NCBI GenBank assembly: GCA_039815185.1
Contig: JBCBZT010000014.1
Location: 64,001-128,000 of the forward strand
Source: Cyanobacteria bacterium P01_A01_bin.123
Lineage (GTDB): Bacteria; Cyanobacteriota; Cyanobacteriia; Phormidesmidales; Phormidesmidaceae
Direction of reading: 5' to 3'
Length of the DNA: 64,000 nt
In this document: positions 1 to 10,100 of the stretch, in pieces
Position numbering within the stretch: position 1 is the first letter of the stretch
Layout of the letters: the number at the start of each line of letters is the position of its first letter
Notes under the pieces: generated by a model
What the model was told of the DNA's origin: nothing
What the model saw: only the letters and a program-made list of their open reading frames with translations
Databases searched by the model: none
Made by a program: the position numbers and the translations under genes

Positions 1-2
1 GG

Positions 3-380
3 CAAGTTCAGGTGCCGATTATGCTAGTCGCCGGGAGTCATGATCCCGTTGCCCCTGCCCTACTAGAACAGATTCGTCCCTTTAGCTGGCTGACAGGGTT
101 GGATAACTATCTGGTCTTAATTCAAGGGGGCACCCACATCTATTCTGTTGCCGATACATCAATCGATGGGGCGTTGTCACTGCCTGCTGAGTTAGCTGGG
201 CCGGATCCGGCCCTTGCCCGTCAGTATCTGAAGGCAAGCAGTCTAGCGTTTATGAAAACCTATGTTGCAGATCAAGATGACTATCAGGTTTACCTGAGCT
301 CCGCCTATACCCAAGCCATCAGCCAGCCGCCGCTCAAACTCGAGTTGGTCAGCACCCTCCCACTCGCCGACAACTATTGA
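3..380 (+). CDS. C-terminal fragment of an alpha/beta hydrolase (cyanobacterial dienelactone-hydrolase-like), 5'-truncated by the window edge
   Basis: Open frame from the window start; 'MLVAGSHDPVAP' (catalytic Asp region) and 'GGTH' (catalytic His). Confidence 0.7.
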   Translation, partial: QVQVPIMLVAGSHDPVAPALLEQIRPFSWLTGLDNYLVLIQGGTHIYSVADTSIDGALSLPAELAGPDPALARQYLKASSLAFMKTYVADQDDYQVYLSSAYTQAISQPPLKLELVSTLPLADNY

Positions 381-676
381 ACGGCATAGCTGATTAACGG
401 CGTAACTGAGCTCAAGGGGTCACAATCTGGGTGAAGCAGTCGATTGTCCCGCTGACTCAAACATTCTAGCCATGTCTCTATCAGGGATTTGGGGACTAAC
501 ATTCCGCGACCCGTGAGACAATCGACTGCCTTATTACCCTAAACATCTCGGCTGTCTCTTGACCAGGGACTTCCGTCACGAAAACGCTGCTGTCGCTAGT
601 CCCAAAGTCCTATAGAGAATCGATCTTCAGATGCGTCGCTTTTAGTCAGTGAGCCTCATGTCAATGGCTAACTAGA

Positions 677-2056
677 GTGCTTACGATGAAGACTGAGTTT
701 GTTGCAAACACAACTATGAAAGCTCAATTGTGGACTCGAATTAAACCCATTCCTGTTTGGGTGGGCGGCATTGCGGCGGCGGTTGTCGTAGGTGGACTCG
801 TCATGGTCTATTTCCAGCAACGCCAGGGAGCAGCAAGTCTCTCATCTAATCAACAGACCATTCTGGTCGAGCGTCAAAACCTGACTCCCCAAATTCAGGC
901 CAGCGGTGTAGTTCAAGCAGAAAGCACGATCAACGTCAGCCCTGAAGACTCGGGCAAAATCGCAGAATTGTTTATTCAAGAAGGCGATGTTGTGGCTGAG
1001 GGACAGATTATCGCCCGGATGACCAGCCGTCGCCGTCAGGCTGATGTGGCTCAAAATCAGGCGGCTTTGGCTAAAGCTCAGGCAGCCCTGGCTCAAAGTC
1101 GAGCCGGTGCTCGTTCAGAAGATATCGCTGAAGCCCAAGCCCGAGTGGCGACAGCGCAAGCCTCATTAGAGGCAACTCGGGCCAAACTTCAGCAGGCACG
1201 TCAAGAGCTTACTCGGTTTCAACAACTCGCTGACCAAGGGGCTGTATCGGCTAATGAATTGGGAACTTACATCACGACTGAGCAAGAAATGAGTGCCAAT
1301 TTGGTTGCTGACCAGCAGCGGCTTGCCGAAGTTCAAGCGTCGCTGGCGGAGCTGCGTAACGGCACCCGTCCGGAAGAGATTCGCCAAGCCGAAGCCGACG
1401 TCGCTCAGGCCGAAGCTCAGCTAGCCGCAGTTCAAGTACAGCTTGAGGAAACGGTTGTACGGGCTCCTTTCGACGGCGTGATTACCCGCCGATTTGCCGA
1501 TACCGGCGATTTTGTCACCCCAACCACGGCAGCCTCGTCTGATGATGGGGCAACGTCGAGTTCGATCGCCGAGCTCTCTAGCGGCCTCGAAATTGAAGCC
1601 AAGGTGCCTGAAGCCAATATTGCTAAGCTGGCGGTGGGTCAACCCGCTGAGATTCGCAGTAATGCTTATCCCGATCAGGTGTTTACCGGGGAAATTACGC
1701 TGATCGCACCGCGAGCGATTCAAGAGGACAATATCACCGTCTTTCGGATCAAAGTTGCGGTTGAAAATGGCCAAGCTGAGCTGAGGTCTGGCATGAATGT
1801 CCGGATCACATTTTTAGGTAGCCCCGTCAATGATGCAGTGGTAATTCCGCTGGCGGCGGTGGTGACCCAAGACGATGGTGAAACTGGGGTTTACCTCGAA
1901 AGTGAAACCGCCAAGCCGACCTTTCAGCCCATTCAAATTGGATTGACGACAGGGACACAGGTTGAGGTCGTGGAGGGGCTCAATCCAGGCGATCGCATTT
2001 TGATTGAACCCCCGTCAGATCTTGTGATTGAGGGCGTTGACAACGTTGGATTCTAA
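677..2056 (+). CDS. Efflux periplasmic adaptor / membrane fusion protein (HlyD/MacA family)
   Basis: N-terminal TM; lipoyl half-motifs 'GKIAELFIQEGDVVAEGQII' and 'VRAPFDGVI'; long coiled coil; start may be a downstream ATG. Confidence 0.9.
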   Translation: MLTMKTEFVANTTMKAQLWTRIKPIPVWVGGIAAAVVVGGLVMVYFQQRQGAASLSSNQQTILVERQNLTPQIQASGVVQAESTINVSPEDSGKIAELFIQEGDVVAEGQIIARMTSRRRQADVAQNQAALAKAQAALAQSRAGARSEDIAEAQARVATAQASLEATRAKLQQARQELTRFQQLADQGAVSANELGTYITTEQEMSANLVADQQRLAEVQASLAELRNGTRPEEIRQAEADVAQAEAQLAAVQVQLEETVVRAPFDGVITRRFADTGDFVTPTTAASSDDGATSSSIAELSSGLEIEAKVPEANIAKLAVGQPAEIRSNAYPDQVFTGEITLIAPRAIQEDNITVFRIKVAVENGQAELRSGMNVRITFLGSPVNDAVVIPLAAVVTQDDGETGVYLESETAKPTFQPIQIGLTTGTQVEVVEGLNPGDRILIEPPSDLVIEGVDNVGF

Positions 2057-2105
2057 TCACCCCAAATTCTAGTCACCCTAGATTTTAACCCGTTGGATTT
2101 TAATC

Positions 2106-3308
2106 ATGAACGTGACCGAAAACTTGCAGATGGCGGTCAAAACCCTGAGCGCCAATCGACTCAGAAGTCTATTAACCATGCTGGGGATTATCATCGGCAA
2201 CGCGTCGGTGATTTCGATGGTGGCGATTGGGCAAGGGGCGCAAGAGTTTACCCAAGAACGGTTGGAGTCTTTTGGCCCGAATCAGCTGACAATCTATGCG
2301 GGTGGCCCTAGTGAATTTGGGGCCTTAGAAGATAGGGCTGAGATTACCTTGGCCGATGTCGATGCGATCGCGCAGCAGGCTACTGCCGTTCAAGAAATCG
2401 CACCCCAAATTTCATCCCAACAACAATTCACCTACGGCTCCCGTTCTCGCCAAAGTAACGTGATTGGGTCTACCCCCGGTATTCTCTATGTGCGGAGCTT
2501 GCAAATTGGGGAAGGCCGATTTTTGAACTCGACGGATATCGAACAAAGTGCCCAAGTGATTGTGCTGGGTTCAGCCCTGGCCCGGCGGCTGTTTATGGAG
2601 CAGTCTCCCCTGGGCAAAACAGTACAGGTGGGGAATTTCAACTTCCAGGTGGTCGGGGTGATGGCGGATAAAGGCAGTTTGTTTGGCATCAACTATGATG
2701 AAACAGCCTATGTGCCGATCACCACAATGGCTCATCAAATCTCGGGGCGGCGATCGCCCAATGGTATCCCCGTCGACTACCTTGAAATCTCCGCCAGAGA
2801 CCCAGACAGTATTCGGATAGCTGCGTTTCAGATTGGCAATGTGTTGACCCGCCGCCACGGTAAACGCGATTTTTCGATCTTTGCGAATAAGTCGTTTCAA
2901 GATTTGGTGGCCCAAATTACGGGGGGCCTCAGTTTGGTTCTAGCCGCGATCGCAGGCATTTCTTTACTCGTCGGTGGCATTGGGGTCATGAACATTATGC
3001 TGGTGTCAGTCACTGAACGTACCCACGAAATTGGCCTCCGCAAAGCCATTGGCGCAACCCAACGGGCGATTTTGACTCAATTTTTGATTGAGGCCGTCAT
3101 CCTATCGGTTGCCGGGGGCCTGATTGGGATTGGCGTGGGCAGCGGGGGAGCGTTTCTGGTCGGGCTGTTTAGCCCCGTAAAACCTGGCGTATCGGTCAAT
3201 GCCGTCGTTTTGGCGACAGGCGTTTCAGGCACTATTGGCCTGATTTTTGGCGTGATTCCGGCGCGGCAGGCGGCTAAGTTAGATCCGATTGTTGCGTTGA
3301 GAAGTTAG
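2106..3308 (+). CDS. ABC transporter permease, MacB/FtsX family
   Basis: 'RSLLTMLGIIIG', 'GGIGVMNIMLVSVTERTHEIGLRKAIGA', 'PARQAAKLDPIVALR'. Confidence 0.95.
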   Translation: MNVTENLQMAVKTLSANRLRSLLTMLGIIIGNASVISMVAIGQGAQEFTQERLESFGPNQLTIYAGGPSEFGALEDRAEITLADVDAIAQQATAVQEIAPQISSQQQFTYGSRSRQSNVIGSTPGILYVRSLQIGEGRFLNSTDIEQSAQVIVLGSALARRLFMEQSPLGKTVQVGNFNFQVVGVMADKGSLFGINYDETAYVPITTMAHQISGRRSPNGIPVDYLEISARDPDSIRIAAFQIGNVLTRRHGKRDFSIFANKSFQDLVAQITGGLSLVLAAIAGISLLVGGIGVMNIMLVSVTERTHEIGLRKAIGATQRAILTQFLIEAVILSVAGGLIGIGVGSGGAFLVGLFSPVKPGVSVNAVVLATGVSGTIGLIFGVIPARQAAKLDPIVALRS

Positions 3309-3324
3309 TCAATAGACGTTCATC

Positions 3325-4035
3325 ATGGCCCTGATTCAAATTTCCCAAATCACCAAAACCTACGGGGTCGGCAATCTCCGAGTGGATGCCTTGGCAGGCG
3401 TGAGTTTTACCGTTGAATCCGGTGATTACTGCGCCATTATGGGGGCATCAGGTTCGGGTAAATCGACCCTGATGAACATTGTCGGCTGTCTCGATCGCCC
3501 CTCTACGGGTCACTATCGCCTGGATGATGTGGATGTAGATCAGCTCCGTGATGACGAGTTGGCCCATATTCGGAATCGTAAGATTGGCTTTGTGTTTCAG
3601 CAGTTTCACCTGTTGCCTCAGCTGACGGCCTTAGAAAATGTGATGCTGCCCATGGTTTATGCCGGGGTGCCACAACAGGATCGCCATCAGCGGGCAGAAC
3701 ATGCCTTAGAGCAGGTCGGGTTGGGGCAGCGACTGCATAATCGCCCTAACCAGTTGTCGGGGGGGCAACAGCAGCGGGTCGCGATCGCCCGCGCAATTGT
3801 CAACCAACCCGTTTTGCTATTGGCCGACGAACCCACCGGAGCTTTAGATTCTCAAACCACCGAAGAGATTCTAGAAATTTTCGGCAGCCTTAACGCCAGC
3901 GGCATGACCGTAGTCATGGTCACCCACGAAACTGCGGTGGCGCGCAACACGCGCCGCGTAATCTGGTTCAGAGATGGCAAGGTGCTGCATCATTCGCTTG
4001 CCCCTGATGAGTTAAGCAATGGGGTTATGAGCTAA
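3325..4035 (+). CDS. ABC transporter ATP-binding protein (LolD/MacB-type)
   Basis: Walker A GASGSGKS, signature LSGGQQQR, Walker [10 protein letters not shown]. Confidence 0.95.
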   Translation: MALIQISQITKTYGVGNLRVDALAGVSFTVESGDYCAIMGASGSGKSTLMNIVGCLDRPSTGHYRLDDVDVDQLRDDELAHIRNRKIGFVFQQFHLLPQLTALENVMLPMVYAGVPQQDRHQRAEHALEQVGLGQRLHNRPNQLSGGQQQRVAIARAIVNQPVLLLADEPTGALDSQTTEEILEIFGSLNASGMTVVMVTHETAVARNTRRVIWFRDGKVLHHSLAPDELSNGVMS

Positions 4036-4102
4036 GCACCATCTCCCGGAGTCTGGCGGCCTGCAGCAATAACAGACTCACCTGCTCAACAAAACAGGAG
4101 TT

Positions 4103-5212
4103 ATGAACAAGTTCCTATACATTCTTCTATTTCTTTCAGCCATTTTTGTCTCTGTGATGGTATACAAACTATCTGGGGTAGAGCACGTTTCCCCCAATTC
4201 TCTGCCATCTGGGGCCAACCTTGACGATGTTCGAACAGCAGTCGTGACTGAGATTCGTCAAGAACTTGACTATCAAGAGAATGCAGGCATGAGTGGGGTC
4301 GTCCGTCTCCAATGGGGTGACACCGTTCTCATCCATGAAGCTTATGGTTGGCAAGATCGCGAGGCTGAACAAGCAATGACTCTTGAGGTTGGGTTTGATA
4401 TTGGATCCATCGTCAAACTGATGACGGCCGCAACAGTTCTTAAACTAGCGGAGAATGGCCGATTGCAAACAGCTGATACAATCGGCCAGTTCTTTCCAGA
4501 TGCGCCTTCTACAATACGAGCCATTGCCCTTGATCAACTCCTGGTACACACGTCTGGTCTACCAGAATACCTGGGTGATGACTACGAGTTGCTCAATCAC
4601 GAAGCGGCACTCGATCGTATTTTTGCGGCTCGATTACGGTTTGCGCCAGGAACCCGTGAGGCTTACTCGAATACAGGCTACACGCTACTAGCCCTAGTCA
4701 TAGAAGTAGCTTCGGGGTTACCCTATGAGCAAGCTGTGCGTGAAGCAGTCCTGATTCCGGCAGGCACACCAAGCATCGGATATCGTCTTGCAGACTGGGC
4801 TCAAGATGACCTGGCAGTCGGATACCGGGATCAACAACGATGGGGCAAACCGCTTGACCATGCTTGGCTAGACGACGGCCCCTCATGGACTCTGCGTGGC
4901 AATGGTGGAATGCTTGCGACAGCAGATGACCTAGCCCGATGGTTTGAGGCAGTATTCACGGGAAAAATTCTTGGCCGTGAAGCGCTTAGCCGATTTCTCG
5001 ATCTCTTCGGTATTAGCCCCGATGATTATGGTTTGCGAATTGGTGAGGCGGGCGGTAACGATATTTTCAATGTGCTGTATGAGGGTTGGATTGATCTTGG
5101 GGTCAACCTCACATTTTTGACCAGCGTATCGTCACATAGTGCAGAGCAGGTCTGGAATGAAATCCGCGACGAAGTTTACAAACTTGCTCAAGCCGCTGCA
5201 ATCGAGTCATAG
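4103..5212 (+). CDS. Serine hydrolase, beta-lactamase/AmpC-like family, with N-terminal membrane anchor or signal
   Basis: SxxK 'FDIGSIVK', 'LLVHTSGL', YxN 'YSNTGY'; AGGAG RBS. Confidence 0.85.
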   Translation: MNKFLYILLFLSAIFVSVMVYKLSGVEHVSPNSLPSGANLDDVRTAVVTEIRQELDYQENAGMSGVVRLQWGDTVLIHEAYGWQDREAEQAMTLEVGFDIGSIVKLMTAATVLKLAENGRLQTADTIGQFFPDAPSTIRAIALDQLLVHTSGLPEYLGDDYELLNHEAALDRIFAARLRFAPGTREAYSNTGYTLLALVIEVASGLPYEQAVREAVLIPAGTPSIGYRLADWAQDDLAVGYRDQQRWGKPLDHAWLDDGPSWTLRGNGGMLATADDLARWFEAVFTGKILGREALSRFLDLFGISPDDYGLRIGEAGGNDIFNVLYEGWIDLGVNLTFLTSVSSHSAEQVWNEIRDEVYKLAQAAAIES

Positions 5213-5249
5213 CGCTTAACAAGTTCATTCAATTCCACAAAGGTATCCT

Positions 5250-6872
5250 ATGGGCATTATCTGGCTGCTGATCAAAGCCTCTTGGGTCAACGTCGTTATG
5301 GCGATCGCGGCGGGCATCATCAGCGGTGGGTGCAGTGCGCGGCTGATTGCGTTAATCAACACCGCCATCGATCAAAACTCTCCCCAGTCATTAATCGTTC
5401 CCTTTGCTGGACTCGCTTTGCTGTCGCTGCTCACAGGCAGCCTGTCCCAGTTTTTGCTGATCGACCTAGCCCAAGATTCGGTTTATCAACTGCGCTTGCG
5501 ACTGAGTCAACGGATTTTGTCTGCCCCCCTGCCGCAGTTAGAAACGGTTGGGCCCAGTCAGCTTTTGGCCGTTCTGACCAAAGATGTGCAGGCTATCTCA
5601 GATACGGTGTTTGTGATTCCCTTTCTTTGCATCGACATTGCCGTCATTGGCGGATGTTTGATTTATCTGGGTTGGCTGTCAGGTTGGGTATTTCTGGCGG
5701 TGCTGGTGTTTTTGATGATCGCGATCGCGCTGGTACAAATCCTGATTAGCTATGCCTATCGTTATCTCGGTCGCGCCCGTCAAGAAGTAGACCGTTTATT
5801 CAAGCACTTTCGCAGCATTACCGACGGCATCAAAGAACTCAAACTGCATTCAATCCGACGACAAACCTTTTTTGAAACTGACCTCACCGTCAGCGCCGCG
5901 GCCTCTCGCAACTATCAAAAGACGGCATTCAAGCTGGCGGCGCTGGCAACGGGCGGCGGCGAACTATTGTATTTTGTGCTGATTGGGCTTTTGCTGTTCG
6001 GGGTGCCCCAAGTTATTCCTACGGCTGAGGCCAGCTTACCCGCCTATATTCTGACACTCACCTACCTATTGGGGCCGTTAGAAAAACTGATTCAGCAGCT
6101 CCCCAACCTAGCCAATGCCAACGTTTCAATTCAAAAAGTCAACAAAATGGGGTTGACCCTGGCTGAAAATGCCGAAATTGATACGGTGGTCAAACAGCCA
6201 ACCCAACCCAACTGGCAAACCCTTGAACTCCATCAAGTGGTGCACACCTACCCCAGCGAGGAGACAGAGCACCCGTTTGCCGTCGGGCCAATCGACCTCA
6301 CGCTGAGGGCAGGAGAGCTCGTTTTTCTGGTGGGGGGCAACGGCAGCGGCAAATCGACGCTGGCAAAGTTAATCACGGGGCTATACGCACCCGATTCAGG
6401 GGAATTGCGGTTGGATGGTGTGCCGATCGCAGACACTAACCGCGAGTGGTATCGGCAAAACTTTTCAGCTATTTTTTCAGATTTTTATCTGTTTGAACGA
6501 CTAATCAGCACCGAATCGCTAACGCTTGACGCCCAGGCTCAGGCATACCTCAAGACCCTAGAACTCGATCAAAAAGTCGCCGTCCAAGACGGGCAGCTTT
6601 CGACCACGGCCCTGTCCCAAGGGCAACGTAAACGACTGGCACTGTTAGCAGCCTATTTAGAAGATCGCTCGATTTATCTCTTTGACGAATGGGCCGCTGA
6701 CCAAGATCCTGTCTTTCGAGAGATTTTTTACACGCAGCTCCTGGCAGAACTCAAACAGCGGGGCAAAACGGTGCTGGTGATTAGCCACGATGACCATTAC
6801 TTCCACCTGGCTGACCGCATCATCAAGCTAGACTACGGCCACATTGAGTCTGACCAGACGGTTGCTGTTTGA
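5250..6872 (+). CDS. Cyclic-peptide export ABC transporter (PvdE/SyrD/YojI family), fused TMD-NBD
   Basis: 'GIKELKL', GGNGSGKS, 'LSQGQRKRLAL', family-diagnostic 'FDEWAADQDPVFR'. Confidence 0.92.
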   Translation: MGIIWLLIKASWVNVVMAIAAGIISGGCSARLIALINTAIDQNSPQSLIVPFAGLALLSLLTGSLSQFLLIDLAQDSVYQLRLRLSQRILSAPLPQLETVGPSQLLAVLTKDVQAISDTVFVIPFLCIDIAVIGGCLIYLGWLSGWVFLAVLVFLMIAIALVQILISYAYRYLGRARQEVDRLFKHFRSITDGIKELKLHSIRRQTFFETDLTVSAAASRNYQKTAFKLAALATGGGELLYFVLIGLLLFGVPQVIPTAEASLPAYILTLTYLLGPLEKLIQQLPNLANANVSIQKVNKMGLTLAENAEIDTVVKQPTQPNWQTLELHQVVHTYPSEETEHPFAVGPIDLTLRAGELVFLVGGNGSGKSTLAKLITGLYAPDSGELRLDGVPIADTNREWYRQNFSAIFSDFYLFERLISTESLTLDAQAQAYLKTLELDQKVAVQDGQLSTTALSQGQRKRLALLAAYLEDRSIYLFDEWAADQDPVFREIFYTQLLAELKQRGKTVLVISHDDHYFHLADRIIKLDYGHIESDQTVAV

Positions 6873-6873
6873 T

Positions 6874-6914
6874 GATGAGGGTCTCAGGGAAACCTAAATC
6901 CTGAAACCCTCATC
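6874..6914 (+). terminator. Stem-loop right after the exporter operon (possible terminator or 3' stabiliser)
   Basis: GATGAGGGTCTCAGGG ... TCCTGAAACCCTCATC inverted repeat; no clear U-tract. Confidence 0.45.
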
Positions 6915-7134
6915 TCACAAAATGGAACAATGAGTCCAGCATTTTTAAAGACTAGCGAACCACAATCTTAGGAGAGGGGTTGGGATTGTCATAGCTTTTC
7001 CTCCCCTTTAAAGATGGTGTATTTTATGGTCTTTGATGGATACTTAAAGCTAATGGAAAAGTTCGCCCAGTTCCAGTTAACTGGGACAACAATGGGTGGG
7101 CTAGCTCCTCAAGCCTGGGTCTATAGTCTTAACG

Positions 7135-10100
7135 ATGGAAACTGATACGAACCCTGTTCCTTCTATTCCTGGCTACGTTATCGTTGAGCAACTTTCCAAG
7201 GGATCTAGGGCTGAGGTATACCGAGCATTACAACAAGGGCAGCAGCCAGTGGTGATTAAAGTGCTGCGCCATGAGCACCCTAGCTTTGAAGAACTGGTGC
7301 AGTTTCGCAATCAGTATGCGATCGCCCGTCGCCTAAATCACCCCAAAATTGCCTGCCCCCTGGCGCTAGAACGCTGCGGCAATGGGTATGCCCTAGTGAT
7401 GCCTGATGAGGGGTTTATTGCGCTGCCGGTGTACTGGCAGCAACACGATAGGCCAGGTTGTGATGTCTCTGGGGGGCTGGCGATCGCCAGTCAACTGGCC
7501 GGAGCCTTACACTACCTCACCGAGCAACGCATTCTCCATAAAGACATCAAACCGGATAACATCTTGATCCACCCAGAAACTGGGCAAATCAAACTTATTG
7601 ACTTCAGCTTGGCTAGCCTGCTGCCTGAAGAGCGCCAGCAATTCCCCAACCCCAACCTGCTTGAAGGCACCCTCGCCTATATTTCTCCGGAACAGACCGG
7701 GCGGATGAACCGGGGCATTGACTATCGTACGGATTTCTACTCCCTCGGGGTCACGATGTTTGAGCTGCTGGTGGGAGAACTCCCTTTTCAGACAGCTGAT
7801 CCCATGGGATTGGTGCATTGCCACATCGCTCGTCCCGTCCAGTTTTCTGAGACGAGCCAGCAATTGATTCCAGAGAGGGTGCGGGCAATCATCTTGAAAC
7901 TGATGGCTAAAAATGCTGAAGACCGCTATCAAAGTGCGTTGGGGCTTAAGCACGATTTAGACATCTGCCTGCAACAGTGGGACGCAACCGGAGACATTAC
8001 TGCGTTTGAGTTGGGTGAGCGGGATACCCGCGATCGCTTCCTGATTCCGGCAAGACTCTATGGCCGGGAAAAAGAAGTACAGCTTCTACTAGATGCCTTT
8101 GAGCGGGTAGCTGGGAATCAGGCGTCAAGCGAACTGATGCTAGTAGCAGGCTTTTCAGGGATCGGTAAAACTGCTGTTATCAATAAAATCCACAAACCCA
8201 TTACCTGTCAGAATGGCTATTTCATCAAGGGCAAATTTGACCAGTTCAACCGCAATATTCCCCTCTTGGCGTTTGTCCAAGCGCTGCAAGATTTAATCGG
8301 TCAGCTGCTGTCAAACTCGGATGCACAGTTGACTCAGTGGCGTACTCAGATTCTTGATGCGGTTGGCGAAAATGGTCAAGTTTTGATTGAGTTGATACCA
8401 GAACTGCACCAAGTCATTGGCCAACAACCTGCTGCACCGGAACTGTCGGGGACGGCAGCGCAGAACCGATTTAACTGGCTGTTTCAAAAACTGATTGCGG
8501 TATTTGCAACCGCTGAACAGCCGCTGGTGATGTTTTTAGACGACTTGCATTGGGCCGACTCAGCTTCGCTGAAACTCATCAAGGTACTGATGGATAACGA
8601 GAGCTGTTTACTCTTATTGGGGGCTTATCGAGATCATGAGGTTTCCCTGGCCCACCCATTGCGTTTGACGACAGCAGCGTTGATGGAAAACGGTAAGACT
8701 GTTAATACCATTGCCCTTGCCCCCCTTACCCTGCGAGACACAAACCAGTTTGTTGCGGATACATTAGGCTGCTCAACTCAGCGATCGCGCCTCCTTGCTG
8801 AACTGCTCAATCGAAAGACTCAAGGAAACCCCTTCTTCATTAGCCGATTTCTCAAGGCATTACACGAAGATGGATACATCCAGTTCGATCGGCACCAAGG
8901 CCATTGGGACTGTGATGTTACCCAGATTAATGCGCCATATCTGACCGATGATATTTTGGAATTTATGACGCAGCAATTACACAGATTGCCCCTCAAAACG
9001 CAGCAGGTACTCAAGTTAGCCGCTTGTCTCGGGAATCAATTCGATTTGGCAACCTTATCGTTGATTTCTGAGCAATCACAAACAGACACGGCTGCTGCCT
9101 TATGGAAAGCGCGACAAGAAGGACTGATTTTGCCCGTCAATGAAATCTATAAATTCTTCCAGAATACCGATACCCAAACGCCACCTCAAGCAGTTGCAGT
9201 CTCCTATAGATTTCTGCATGATCAGATACAGCAAGCCGCTTATGCCTTGATTCCTGAAGTTGATAAATCATCAACTCACCTTAAGATTGGGCGGCTGATC
9301 ATCGACCAGATTTCTGAGTCTGAATTAGAGCCGCGCTTGTTTGATATTGCTAACAACATCAGCCTAGGCAAAGCGTTAATTAATCACCCTATTGAGCAAT
9401 ATCGTTTTGGTCGGCTTCTGCTAAGAGCGGCTTGCAAAGCTAAGGCGGCAACTGCTTATAACGCTGCTGCTCAATACTGCCAAACCGGAATTACAATCCT
9501 CGGTCAACAAGCATGGCAGAATCGGCAGACTTTGATGCGTGAGTTCTATGAAGTCGGTGCGGAAGTTACTTATTTAAATAGTGATTTTAAACGATCTGAA
9601 GCCTTCACAGATATCGCGTTGGAGAGAGCTAATAGTGTCTTGGAGACAATTAAGAGTTACGAAATTAAAATTCTGGCTTATATTATCCAAAATAAAACAC
9701 TAGAGGGGTTGAAAATAGGGTTCAAAATTTTATCTGAACTCGGAATAACCTTTCCATCAAACCCTGACTCTATTTCAATCTTGTCAGGATTTTTTAAAAC
9801 AAAACTTTTACTATGGGGTCATTCTATTAAATCTATAGAGGGTTCTTCTATCATGAAGAATCCTCTGGCAAAAGCAAGGAGTGCTGTCATCAAGGCTATA
9901 CTCCCTGCTGCTTACATTAGCGCCCCAAACCTTTATCCTCTACTCATATTCAAGCAAATTGAGCTGCTCTTAAAATACGGCAATAATGATGCAGCACCCT
10001 CAGCTTATTGCTCATATGGCGTGATTTTGAGCAATTTCTTGGGTGATATTGAGACGGGCTATAAATTTGGTGAACTTGCCCTCAGGCTAATGTCAGATTC

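Noticed and set aside
381..676. RiPP precursor peptide ahead of the exporter operon
   Set aside because: No convincing small ORF with RBS or leader motif, and no modification enzymes nearby
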